Shown here: positions 21,662 to 32,207 of the stretch, in pieces | Numbering within the stretch: the first letter of the stretch is position 1 | How the letters are laid out: every line of letters starts with the position of its first letter | Source of the DNA: Desulfomicrobium sp. | GTDB taxonomy: Bacteria > Desulfobacterota > Desulfovibrionia > Desulfovibrionales > Desulfomicrobiaceae | DNA: 64,000 bases | NCBI GenBank assembly: GCA_040768745.1 | Contig: JAXGMI010000001.1 | Location: 1,504,001 to 1,568,000 of the forward strand | Direction: 5' to 3' | Position numbers and translations under genes: made by a program | Notes under the pieces: generated by a model | What the model saw: the letters and a program-made list of their open reading frames with translations, nothing else | Told to the model about the DNA's origin: nothing | The model's database searches: none

Positions 21662-21688
21662 TTATCGGACAGGCGGAAAAAAACTTTA
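21662..21688 (-). promoter_or_regulatory. sigma28 (FliA) promoter of the DVU0524-like/flgM operon
   Basis: TAAA-N15-TCCGATAA on the minus strand, close to consensus TAAA-N15-GCCGATAA. Confidence 0.8.
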
Positions 21689-21811
21689 GGTTTTTTTCAG
21701 GGTACGCGAAGGAGACTGTCCGGAGCGGGGGAACAGGGAGAGATTCCTCTGCGGTCTGCAGAGGCCGGGCTGTTCTTGAACACCCCTGTGCTTTTGCGTA
21801 GAGTCCGCCGC

Positions 21812-22660
21812 ATGGGAAAAATCATCTCCAATATCGTCCTCGCCTACAACGATGGCAACAAACTCGCCGGGAATATGGCCGGGCAGATCAGGGAGTGGCT
21901 GATCGTCGAGGGCCGGTCGGTCCGCATCGTCGAATCCACCAAGGAAAAGGTGCACTGCGTCTCGACCTGGGAGGATGTGGACATGATCCTGACCCTGGGA
22001 GGAGACGGGACGCTGTTGAGCATCGCCCGGGCCGTCCTGGATCTGGACATACCCATTCTGGGCCTCAACCTGGGCAAGGTCGGGTTCCTGACAGAGCTAT
22101 CCCCCACGGACTGGCGGGAATCCCTGACATCAATCCTGCGCGGGGAATACGACATGTCCCTGCGTCTGGTCATCAGCTTCAGCGTCATCCGGCGCGGGCA
22201 GGAACATTTCCGAGGCTATGCGGTCAACGATCTGGTCATTAGCTGCGGCAGCCTGGCCCGCATGATACGCCTGGACATGTGGTATGGGAACGATCACCTG
22301 GGCACGGTGCGTGCCGACGGGATGATCGTGGCCACGCCCACAGGGTCCTCGGGATACTCCATTTCCGCAGGCGGTCCCCTGGTCTATCCGGAACTCGACG
22401 TCTTTGCCCTGACACCTATCTGCCCCTTCCTGCACGCTTTCCGGCCCATGATCCTGCCTTTTGAAAACGATCTGCGCGTGCTGGTGCGGGAGGCGGTCTC
22501 CGACGTGTATTTGACCCAGGACGGCCAGACCGGAGTGGTTCTCGTGCCGGGGGACAATGTCTTTGCCTCCAGGGCGGAAAAACGGCTGCACCTCATCCGC
22601 CCCGTGCATTCCCAGTACGCGCACAAACTCAAGTCCAAGGGATTCATCCGGGAGAGCTGA
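21812..22660 (+). CDS. nadK: NAD(+) kinase
   Basis: LGGDGTLL, NLGKVGFL, AVND and DGMIVATPTGSSGYSISAGGP motifs. Confidence 0.95.
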   Translation: MGKIISNIVLAYNDGNKLAGNMAGQIREWLIVEGRSVRIVESTKEKVHCVSTWEDVDMILTLGGDGTLLSIARAVLDLDIPILGLNLGKVGFLTELSPTDWRESLTSILRGEYDMSLRLVISFSVIRRGQEHFRGYAVNDLVISCGSLARMIRLDMWYGNDHLGTVRADGMIVATPTGSSGYSISAGGPLVYPELDVFALTPICPFLHAFRPMILPFENDLRVLVREAVSDVYLTQDGQTGVVLVPGDNVFASRAEKRLHLIRPVHSQYAHKLKSKGFIRES

Positions 22661-24429
22661 TGCCCAAACTGCCCGACTTCTCCACGGTTCGCGAGCTGAG
22701 GTACGGCCGCGACCCCTATCTCGACGCATGGCTGCTGCATTTCATGACCGAGAACAACATCGAGCCCAACGTCAATCCGGGGGAGAATGCGCAGCTGGAG
22801 CAGCTTCGTTTCATGGTGGACCTGGAAGATGACCAGGTCTTCGTGCCCTGTTCGGACGAGATGTTCGAGAACCTGCTGCATACCCGCCTGTCCACGGCCC
22901 TGCGCCTCGAATACCGGGAGAAGTGGCGCATGCTCGTGCATCTGGCCAAGACAAATATCAAGGACCGCTATACACGGCGCAAGATTTTCGCCCTGTCCCG
23001 GCACAAGGTCAGGCAGGTTCTGCATGCCCCGTTTCTGATCCCCTCCCGCTTTCTGAAACAGCTCCTGACCATTTTCATGGCCATGAGCGGGGTGCACGAC
23101 CCGCAGCGCAATGAGAAACGCCAGGCCAACAAGCGGGCCCTGGAGTTCATGGACAGCGCGGCCATGAACAACTGTCTCTACTCCTGTCCCGATTCGACCC
23201 TGGGATGCACATCCATACAGCACCTGCGCTGGAAGCTTGACGTGCTTGAGCTGGCCCGTCTGTGTCGGCTGTCTCTGCGCCCGTCCATCTGGCAGGGCTC
23301 GGTCAAGGCCAGGGACAACACGGCCCTCATTGCAGACGTGGGAACCCCCTGGCCGGAATTTGCCGAGATCCTGACCCGGATCATGGGGCCGGAATCGGGT
23401 CAGAAGTCCCTCAAGATTCTGTTTTTGGCCGGCAGCAGCGGTGAGATCATCTTCGATCTCCGTTTCATCCGCGTGCTGATCCGCCTGGGGCACAAGGTCA
23501 TCCTGGTATTCAAGGAAGGCTTCAGCCTGGACAATCCGGTCTTCTGGGACGTGGAGTACGACCCGGCCCTGGCCAGCGCCCTGGGTGAGGCCTTCTTCGT
23601 GGAAAACAGCCGCATGTCCAAGAACGAACTGCTGCGGGCCTTGCGGGAGAATGCGCTGCTGGTGATATCCGACGGGACGCGCGAGCGCCTCAATTTGTGG
23701 AGGACCAGCGTGACATTCGCGCGCTCCTGGAAGGAGGCGGATCTGATCATCGCCAAGGGGTATCCGAATCATCGCCGCCTGATCCAGAATTCCCATCTCT
23801 TTACCCGGGACATTCTCTGCCTGTACCAGGATGGGCTTGGTGCGGACCAGGTCTGCTTCAAGGAGAAATCGCAGCGCGTCAGAAAGATCACCGAGTTTCA
23901 GGTCGTGGCCCAGGCCGATGCCATCATCGCCCGTATGCGCACGGCGAGGGGCAAAGGCAAGCAGGTCATGTTCTACAGCGCCATTATCGGCAGCATTCCG
24001 GGCCAGGTGAAGGTGGCCGTGAAAGTGGTCAACACCTTTGTGGGCAACCTGCGGGCCAAACACGCCAACCTGCTGATCATCAATCCGGCCGAGCATTTCG
24101 TGGAAGGGATGGACGGAGATGATCTGATGTACATGTGGGAGCGGGTCCAGCGCAGCGGCTTCATCGACGTGTGGAGGTTTCAGACAGTGGCCGACATCGA
24201 GGCCAGTTTCGAGCTGATGGGCGAGCCGGTTCCGGCGGAATGGCATGGCAAGGATGCCACGTTTTCCACCGGCTGCACCAAGGAAATGCACATCGCCCTG
24301 GACATGCAGCAGAAACACCCTGAGATGCAGATCATTGGTCCCGATCCCAAGCGCTTCTTCCGGCGCATGGAATACGGCGTGGGCAAGTATTTCGACGCCC
24401 GCATTCCAGACAAGGGACGGGCCTTGTGA
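22660..24429 (+). CDS. ARMT1/DUF89-like domain protein with extra N-terminal and NDT-like C-terminal regions
   Basis: LFLAGSSGEIIFD and ADLIIAKGYPN resemble DUF89 motifs; TGATG overlap with nadK. Confidence 0.7.
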   Translation: MPKLPDFSTVRELRYGRDPYLDAWLLHFMTENNIEPNVNPGENAQLEQLRFMVDLEDDQVFVPCSDEMFENLLHTRLSTALRLEYREKWRMLVHLAKTNIKDRYTRRKIFALSRHKVRQVLHAPFLIPSRFLKQLLTIFMAMSGVHDPQRNEKRQANKRALEFMDSAAMNNCLYSCPDSTLGCTSIQHLRWKLDVLELARLCRLSLRPSIWQGSVKARDNTALIADVGTPWPEFAEILTRIMGPESGQKSLKILFLAGSSGEIIFDLRFIRVLIRLGHKVILVFKEGFSLDNPVFWDVEYDPALASALGEAFFVENSRMSKNELLRALRENALLVISDGTRERLNLWRTSVTFARSWKEADLIIAKGYPNHRRLIQNSHLFTRDILCLYQDGLGADQVCFKEKSQRVRKITEFQVVAQADAIIARMRTARGKGKQVMFYSAIIGSIPGQVKVAVKVVNTFVGNLRAKHANLLIINPAEHFVEGMDGDDLMYMWERVQRSGFIDVWRFQTVADIEASFELMGEPVPAEWHGKDATFSTGCTKEMHIALDMQQKHPEMQIIGPDPKRFFRRMEYGVGKYFDARIPDKGRAL

Positions 24430-25568
24430 GCAGGTGTGTCCCGGTCCTCCTGTTGGCGGTGCTTCTTTGCGCCTGCGCGGCGCCAACCAGGCAGCCTCTG
24501 CTGGTGGAAAGCGATCCTGGTCAGGAATTCCCGGTCCGGGTAGCCGCAGCTGTGGCGGGCAACGCCGAGGCCACTGCCAGGGCCGTGGCTTATTCCCTGG
24601 CATACGCACGAAACAGGCCCCAGGGGGAAAAGGCGCTTTCCTCGGCCGGGACGACGTGGACCTGGGGCGCTCTGGCGGCTTCCCTGGAACATCTGCAAGC
24701 CATCCTCCCCCGGCTTCAGACAGAGCCTGGCTTGCTGGCCCGCGACTTCATGTGGCAGGAGGTCTGCCCTGAGCCGCTCATGACCGGCTACTATGAGCCG
24801 GAACTGGAAGGAAGCCTGGAACCCCGTCCCGACTACCCTGTGCCCATCTACGGTCTCCCATCGTCGTTGCGCAGCGCTGACCTGGGCCGCTTTCATCCCC
24901 GCTGGTCTGGCCAGACCCTGACCTATCGCATGGAAGGAGCTGAGATTGCACCTTTTTTTACAAGGGAGGAGATCGATGGGCATGGGGCCTTGGAGGGGAT
25001 GGAACCCCCCATCGCCTGGACACACGACCCTGTGGACGTCTATTTTTTGCAGATTCAGGGCTCCGGCCGGCTGCTGCTGCCAGGGGGAACGGTTCGGCAT
25101 GTGCTGTATGCTGGCAAAAACGGCCACGAGTACGTTTCCCTGGGCAAGGTCATGATCGAGCGCGGTCTCATCCCCCGGGAAGAGATGTCCATGCAGCGCA
25201 TCAGGGCCTACCTCAAGGATCATCCCCGGGAGATGTGGGATCTGTTGTTCACGAATCCGAGTTATGTCTTTTTCCGTCTGGCCGATGCCGGCCCGCTGGG
25301 GGCCATGGGTCGGACATTGACGCCGATGGTCAGCATGGCTACTGATTCAGCCTTTCTGCCCCTGGGCAGCATCCTGGCCGTGGAGGCCGCCTTGCCGGAA
25401 CCTGACGGAACCCGGTCGAGGACGGCATTCCTGGGATTGGCCCAGGACCGGGGCGGGGCCATCAAGGGCAGCCGGCTGGACCTTTTCTGCGGAGCCGGAG
25501 CCAGGGCTGAATTTCTGGCCGGCCATCTGCAGGAGCGCAGCCGCGTGTACCTCCTGCTCAAAAAATAA
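24426..25568 (+). CDS. mltA: membrane-bound lytic murein transglycosylase A
   Basis: Lipobox LCAC; TGYYEP, FLQIQGSG, NPSYVFF and QDRGGAIKG...DLFCG motifs. Confidence 0.93.
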   Translation: MSRCVPVLLLAVLLCACAAPTRQPLLVESDPGQEFPVRVAAAVAGNAEATARAVAYSLAYARNRPQGEKALSSAGTTWTWGALAASLEHLQAILPRLQTEPGLLARDFMWQEVCPEPLMTGYYEPELEGSLEPRPDYPVPIYGLPSSLRSADLGRFHPRWSGQTLTYRMEGAEIAPFFTREEIDGHGALEGMEPPIAWTHDPVDVYFLQIQGSGRLLLPGGTVRHVLYAGKNGHEYVSLGKVMIERGLIPREEMSMQRIRAYLKDHPREMWDLLFTNPSYVFFRLADAGPLGAMGRTLTPMVSMATDSAFLPLGSILAVEAALPEPDGTRSRTAFLGLAQDRGGAIKGSRLDLFCGAGARAEFLAGHLQERSRVYLLLKK

Positions 25569-25585
25569 AGGTTCGAGGCATCCAG

Positions 25586-26221
25586 ATGCACATTACTCCT
25601 GAAGCCCTGAAGGGCCTGCTGCACGCCGCATGCGCGGACCAGATGGAATGCGTTGTCCTGTGGCACAAGGTGGAGCCTGCGGTCCAGGCCGGGGAAGGTC
25701 TGGTCGCCCTGGTCCAGCGCCAGCACCTGCAGAATTTCCTGCTCTGGCATGTGGAGGATCGGGCCCGCCGCCGGGACGTGGACGACGCGGTCATCACCGC
25801 GTGCAAGCGCGAGATCGACATGCTGAATCAGCGTCGGAACGACCTCATGGAGCAGGTGGACGACTGGCTGGTGCAAGCCATCGCGGGGTTCCCCGCCCAG
25901 CAAGGTCTGTCCGGGACAATGCGGCGCTTCAACACCGAGACCTTGGGCGCGGCCCTGGACCGCATGTCCATCCTCAGTCTGAAGATCTATCACATGGTCG
26001 AGCAGGTTGACCGAAAGGATGTGGACGAGGGACACCGGTCCCGTTGCCAGGACAAGCTGGCCGTGCTCAGGGCCCAGCACCAGGATCTGGGCCGGGCCAT
26101 CCTGGATCTGGTCGACGACTACGCCGGGGGTGTGAAGAGCCCCAAGGTCTATTTCCAGTGCAAAATGTATAATGATCCGGCCCTCAATCCGGAGCTGTAC
26201 GCCGCCAAGCCCCTGGGCTGA
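25586..26221 (+). CDS. DUF4254 domain protein
   Basis: LWHVEDRAR...[45 protein letters not shown]. Confidence 0.85.
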   Translation: MHITPEALKGLLHAACADQMECVVLWHKVEPAVQAGEGLVALVQRQHLQNFLLWHVEDRARRRDVDDAVITACKREIDMLNQRRNDLMEQVDDWLVQAIAGFPAQQGLSGTMRRFNTETLGAALDRMSILSLKIYHMVEQVDRKDVDEGHRSRCQDKLAVLRAQHQDLGRAILDLVDDYAGGVKSPKVYFQCKMYNDPALNPELYAAKPLG

Positions 26222-26237
26222 AGCGCGAGGAGAGCGC

Positions 26238-27668
<1,431 letters not shown>

Positions 27669-27786
27669 TGGGTTGGCGCATGAGGGGCTTCGCCCTTGTT
27701 TGCGGCCCGTCTGATGAACACGGGCGGGAGCGCGGGAGGCCATCTTTGCTGACGGACGTCGGTCCGGTCTGGAATCCAGCACAAGC

Positions 27787-27819
27787 ACACGGGCGGCCCA
27801 GCGGGTCGCCCGTGTTTTT
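27787..27819 (+). terminator. terminator downstream of gatB
   Basis: ACACGGGCGGCCC-AGC-GGGTCGCCCGTGT followed by TTTT. Confidence 0.7.
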
Positions 27820-27837
27820 GACTGGGTGGCCGGCTGT

Positions 27838-28944
27838 CTAGCTTTGCATCAGCTCCGCAGTCAGCCGGGCCGTTTTGATCAGGTCCGCAACGCGGATGAA
27901 TTCATCCGTCGTGTGGACCCTGCTCATGCCGATACCCAGGTTGATGCAGGACAGCCCGTGACCGGAGAATATGTTTGCATCGCTTCCCCCGCCCGTGCCC
28001 TTGACGGCGGCCACCAGGCCCAGGCGCTCGCAGGCATGCAGTGCCCGGCCCAGCAGCGCGCTCTCCTGAGGCACGTGCATGGCCGGGTAGGAGATGTCAA
28101 AGCTGAAATCGCAGCTGCCCCCGAATTCCCTGGCCGCGTCCATGCAGCAGCCACGCATGTGTCCGATCTGATTCATGAGCGTCGTTTCCGACTGGGAACG
28201 GGCTTCTCCGGTCAAGGTGGCAGAGTCGGGGACGATGTTGGTCGGCCCCCCGCCCTCGATGCGGCCCAGGTTGGCCACGGTCTCCTCGTCGATGCGCAGG
28301 AGCCGCATGCGACTGATGGCCGCGGCCGCCATCTGGATGGCGCTGATCCCTTTTTCCGGCTCTATGCCGGCATGGGCTGCACGGCCATGGAAGGCCACCT
28401 TCAGGCCGGCCTTGGCCGGGGCCCGGACGATGATGGTGCCCACGTCGCCGCAGGCGTCCAGGACCACGACCTCGCGGGCCAAAATCCTGGAGAAGTCCAG
28501 ACCCTTGGCCCCGAACATGCCCGCCTCCTCGCACACGGTGAAGAGCAGGTAGAGATCCGGATGGGGGATTCTTTCTTCCTCCAGATGAAACAGGGCCTCC
28601 AGGATGGCGCTGATCCCGGCCTTGTCGTCCCCGCCCAGCACCGTGTTGCCGGAGCTGCGAAGAATGCCGTTGTCAAGGACAGGCGTTACGCCCAGGCACG
28701 GGGGCACGCAGTCCATGTGGGCGGAAAAGGCCATGGGATCTCCGGGGCCAGTGGCCGGAACACGGACGATGACGTTTCCTGTGTCCCCACCGGTGGAGAG
28801 GTTGGCATCGTCGATACGGATATCGTATCCCCGACCGGAGAGCCGTGCCTTGAGGTGGTCCGCCACGCCCTTTTCGCCCAGCGAAGGGCTGTCGATACGG
28901 ACCAGGTCAAGGAACACGCTGGTGAGGCGATGGGGGTCAATCAT
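27838..28944 (-). CDS. M20 family metallopeptidase (peptidase T-like)
   Basis: AHMDCV, LGGDDKAG, VCEEAG, AAHAG, GGGSDAN and VHTTDE motifs. Confidence 0.9.
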   Translation of the reverse strand: MIDPHRLTSVFLDLVRIDSPSLGEKGVADHLKARLSGRGYDIRIDDANLSTGGDTGNVIVRVPATGPGDPMAFSAHMDCVPPCLGVTPVLDNGILRSSGNTVLGGDDKAGISAILEALFHLEEERIPHPDLYLLFTVCEEAGMFGAKGLDFSRILAREVVVLDACGDVGTIIVRAPAKAGLKVAFHGRAAHAGIEPEKGISAIQMAAAAISRMRLLRIDEETVANLGRIEGGGPTNIVPDSATLTGEARSQSETTLMNQIGHMRGCCMDAAREFGGSCDFSFDISYPAMHVPQESALLGRALHACERLGLVAAVKGTGGGSDANIFSGHGLSCINLGIGMSRVHTTDEFIRVADLIKTARLTAELMQS

Positions 28945-29048
28945 GGTTGCTCGGTGTCCTCTTTGGATGGCAGTCCGCAATACCATTGCTTTTTCAATGA
29001 GCAAGGTCAACAAGACCGGGTGGAGTTATGAAGGGAGAAACGAGGGAC

Positions 29049-29435
29049 ATGGAAACACACAGCAAGTTCATGGGCTATCTGCTGTGGATCTTCGGCTTTA
29101 CCGGATCGCATCGCTTCTATTACGGGCGACCCGTCTCCGGGACCGTCTATTTTCTCACCCTTGGGGTCCTTTTCATCGGCTGGATCGTCGATCTTTTTTT
29201 GATTCCCTCCATGGACCGCAAGGCCAGCCTGCGCTTTCGTCCGGGCAGGATCGACTACTCCCTGGCCTGGGTCCTGCTGACCTTTTTGGGAATTTTTGGG
29301 GCGCACCGCATGTACATGGGCAAGTGGGTCACGGGGGTTCTTTATCTACTGACCGGGGGACTCTTCCTGGTCGGGTACATGTATGATTTTTGGACCCTGA
29401 ACAGGCAGATCACGGACATCAATGCCCAGAACTGA
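29049..29435 (+). CDS. TM2/NINE domain membrane protein (two TM2 repeats)
   Basis: FGFTGSHRFYYGR and LGIFGAHRMYMGK repeats. Confidence 0.88.
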   Translation: METHSKFMGYLLWIFGFTGSHRFYYGRPVSGTVYFLTLGVLFIGWIVDLFLIPSMDRKASLRFRPGRIDYSLAWVLLTFLGIFGAHRMYMGKWVTGVLYLLTGGLFLVGYMYDFWTLNRQITDINAQN

Positions 29436-29593
29436 GCCGACTGCCCGGATTGCCCATCGGGCAATGCGGCCCCTCTGATCTGAGGCGGTGTTCCGGTGGT
29501 TGTCCTGGAGATTTGTCGCGTTTCTTCTTGCCCTGTTCTCTCCCATGCTTATGAAAAGGAATGTACATACACACCGTTAGAATGGAGGTGACC

Positions 29594-30379
29594 ATGCGTT
29601 TCCTCGTTTTCCTTTTTTTCCTTCTGGGTATGGCCGGGCCCGTGTGGTCTGCCGGAATGGGTGAGTCCTCAACCCATGCGGGGCATGGTCACGGTGCGGG
29701 ATACCAGCTTCTCCTGGCCACGGACCCTGCCACGGTGGAGGCAGGCAAGCCAGTTCGTCTGGATCTGGTGCTGAAAGACGACTTTGGGTCGGCGGTCACG
29801 GAACTGGAGGTTGTCCATGAAAAGAAGCTGCACCTTTTTGTCATCCGCCAGGGTCTTGATGTTTTTGCCCACCTGCATCCTGAAATGGATGCGGCCGGGG
29901 TGATGAGCATGGGCCTCGTCTTCCCGGTGGGAGGAACCTATCTGGTGTATGCGGATTTCAAGCCCCAGAACGCCGAGGGCATGACCCTCATGGCCAAGGT
30001 GCAGGTTGCGGGAGATGCCCCGGCCGCCCCGCCACTGCAGCCGCATGTTCCCGGGAGGGTGCAGACTGCGGACCTGTTGGCCGACATCAGCGTGCAGAAG
30101 AGCTATGGCAGGCGCCAAATCGGCTTCACGCTTTCCGGATTGGATGGGTCTCCGGTCGCGGATCTGGAGCCATATCTGGGGGCCATGGGACACCTGGTGG
30201 TGGTCAGCGCGGATGGGCACACGTTCGTGCATGCGCACCCCGTAACAGGCGCAAAACCCAGCGAAGTGGTTTTTGACGTGCATTTCCCGGGCCCCGGGGT
30301 GTACAAGGGGTGGGGACAATTCCAGAGATCCGGGAAGGTCCACGAGGTGGGGTTTGTGGTGGATGTCAGCGGGAATTGA
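29594..30379 (+). CDS. secreted His-rich protein, putative heavy-metal binding
   Basis: Signal peptide; HAGHGH; VHEKKLHLF...AHLHP and YLGAMGHLV...VHAHP; GGAGG SD. Confidence 0.7.
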   Translation: MRFLVFLFFLLGMAGPVWSAGMGESSTHAGHGHGAGYQLLLATDPATVEAGKPVRLDLVLKDDFGSAVTELEVVHEKKLHLFVIRQGLDVFAHLHPEMDAAGVMSMGLVFPVGGTYLVYADFKPQNAEGMTLMAKVQVAGDAPAAPPLQPHVPGRVQTADLLADISVQKSYGRRQIGFTLSGLDGSPVADLEPYLGAMGHLVVVSADGHTFVHAHPVTGAKPSEVVFDVHFPGPGVYKGWGQFQRSGKVHEVGFVVDVSGN

Positions 30380-30827
30380 TGGGGGGCGGCAGTTTTTTTG
30401 CTGCCTGCGCGCTGGCTAACTTCCACAAGAGAACCATGAAATGCGGCAATCCAGGCGACCTTGCAAAGCGTGCCGTCCGTTCCTGAACAAGGAATTTTGG
30501 CTTGACGCTCCAGGAAGCCGCAAATGCCTGGTGTTTCCACGATGTGGTCAGGATCGGGTGCATCAAGTACCGCTTGGGATGATGCGCATCCCTCTTGGCC
30601 AGGGACTCAAGATTTATTGCAGACGACGAGCAGATGCCGGATGCATGCGCTGATTGTTCCAAATTTGTTGCCGCCTGCTTGAGGCTTGCAATCATCGGGT
30701 CCGGTGTTTGGGTTGCATTTGTCAAGGATTGTGGCGTTCCCTGCCTTTGTTCTGAGGGAAATTTTCATTATCGGCACATTATTGTGCGAACTTATATCTA
30801 ATCCAGCCAGACGATCGAGGAGAAGGC

Positions 30828-31343
30828 ATGGAATATTCGTTACGCCGGAAGGCAAGAAAAATCGAGGACGCTGAGGCGGTGGAGGTGCTCCGACGCTGTG
30901 ATTGGGGAGTGCTATCCCTTGCCGGGTCCGATGGAATGCCCTACGGGGTGCCGCTTAATTACGTCCTGCAGGATACGGGGGACAGGCTTCGGCTGATCTT
31001 TCATTGTGCCCGTGAAGGCCGAAAGATCGAATGTCTGAAGAGTAGGCCTCACGGGGCCTTCGTAGTGGTGGAAGATCCCAGGATCCTTCCGGACAAGTTC
31101 AGCACCGCGTACGCCAGCGCCATGGTCTCCGGGCGGGTTGCAATCGTTGATGATCCCGATGCGAAGAGGGAACTTCTGAAGTTTTTCGTGCAGAAGCTGG
31201 CCCCGGATTTTTTGGAGAGGGGCGACAGGCATATCGAACATCGTCTGCACGAATGCCTTGTCTTGCAGATGGAGATCGAGAGCTTGTGCGGGAAGGGCCG
31301 GAAATGGGAGGAGCCGTACGCCCTGGCCCATCTCGGCTTCTAG
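30828..31343 (+). CDS. pyridoxamine 5'-phosphate oxidase-like flavin-binding protein (NimA-like)
   Basis: GVLSL...PYGVPLNYV...FHCAREGRK...YASAMVSG. Confidence 0.85.
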   Translation: MEYSLRRKARKIEDAEAVEVLRRCDWGVLSLAGSDGMPYGVPLNYVLQDTGDRLRLIFHCAREGRKIECLKSRPHGAFVVVEDPRILPDKFSTAYASAMVSGRVAIVDDPDAKRELLKFFVQKLAPDFLERGDRHIEHRLHECLVLQMEIESLCGKGRKWEEPYALAHLGF

Positions 31344-31375
31344 ATCGTAGGACAGCCGCCTGAACGGAGGGTTTT

Positions 31376-32206
31376 TCAGTCTTCCCGCCGAAGCAGTTCG
31401 AGCAGCGCGGGCAGCAGATGCGCGTTCGCCGCGGCGAGGCGGTTTGTCCGCAATGGCGCCTCCTCCGTGAAGATGTCCGAGACCTGTCCGCCCGCTTCCG
31501 TGATGAGCAGCATTCCCGCCGCGATGTCCCAGGCCTTGAGGCTCTCGACGAAAAAAGCGTCCAGCCGGCCAGCCGCGACGTAGGCCAGGTCGAGGGCGGC
31601 GGCCCCGGCCCGGCGGACGCCGGCCGCGTGCGAGGTCAACCTGCAAAATCTTTTCAGATAGGCATCCAGTCCCGGCCAGGAGGGCGGCGGAAAGACCGTG
31701 CCCGCCAGCGCCTTGTCCATCGAATTCACGTCCGAGACGGCCATGGGTTTGCCGTCGAGGAAAGCCCCGCGGCCGGCCACGGCCCAGAAGGTTTCGCCGC
31801 GCACCGGGTCGGCGATCACGCCCACGACGACCTCGTCGTCCACGGTCAGGGCCAGGGAGACGGCGTAAAAGGGAAAGCCGTGCACGTAGTTCATGGTTCC
31901 GTCGAGGGGGTCGACGATCCAGCGGCAGCGCGAATGGCCGCGCGCGCCGCCTTCCTCGCCCGTGAAGGCGAAATCGGGAAAGGCGGCCTGCAGCCGGCCG
32001 CGGATGGCGTCCTCGGCGCGGCGGTCAATGTCCGTGGTCACGTCGCCGGGGCTTTTGGTCCTGACCATGTCTCCCGTGAGTTCGGCCCGGCCCCGCACCA
32101 GGATCGCGCAGGCTTCGCGCGCCGCGTCGAGGCAGGCCGCGAGGGCCGCGTCCAGATCGATCAACTCATCACTGCGTTTCGGGTCGGCGTTCATCTCGGC
32201 GGCCAT
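31376..32206 (-). CDS. suhB: inositol monophosphatase family protein
   Basis: GEE, WIVDPLDGTMNY, AALDLAYVAAGRLD and WDIAAG motifs. Confidence 0.88.
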   Translation of the reverse strand: MAAEMNADPKRSDELIDLDAALAACLDAAREACAILVRGRAELTGDMVRTKSPGDVTTDIDRRAEDAIRGRLQAAFPDFAFTGEEGGARGHSRCRWIVDPLDGTMNYVHGFPFYAVSLALTVDDEVVVGVIADPVRGETFWAVAGRGAFLDGKPMAVSDVNSMDKALAGTVFPPPSWPGLDAYLKRFCRLTSHAAGVRRAGAAALDLAYVAAGRLDAFFVESLKAWDIAAGMLLITEAGGQVSDIFTEEAPLRTNRLAAANAHLLPALLELLRRED

Positions 32207-32207
32207 G

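Noticed and set aside
30380..30827. Cys-rich plus-strand frame from ATG 30436 with two in-frame TGA codons, and a 119-aa minus-strand ORF
   Set aside because: Considered as a selenoprotein, but there is no family motif around the TGAs and no clear SECIS or SD; the region stays unexplained
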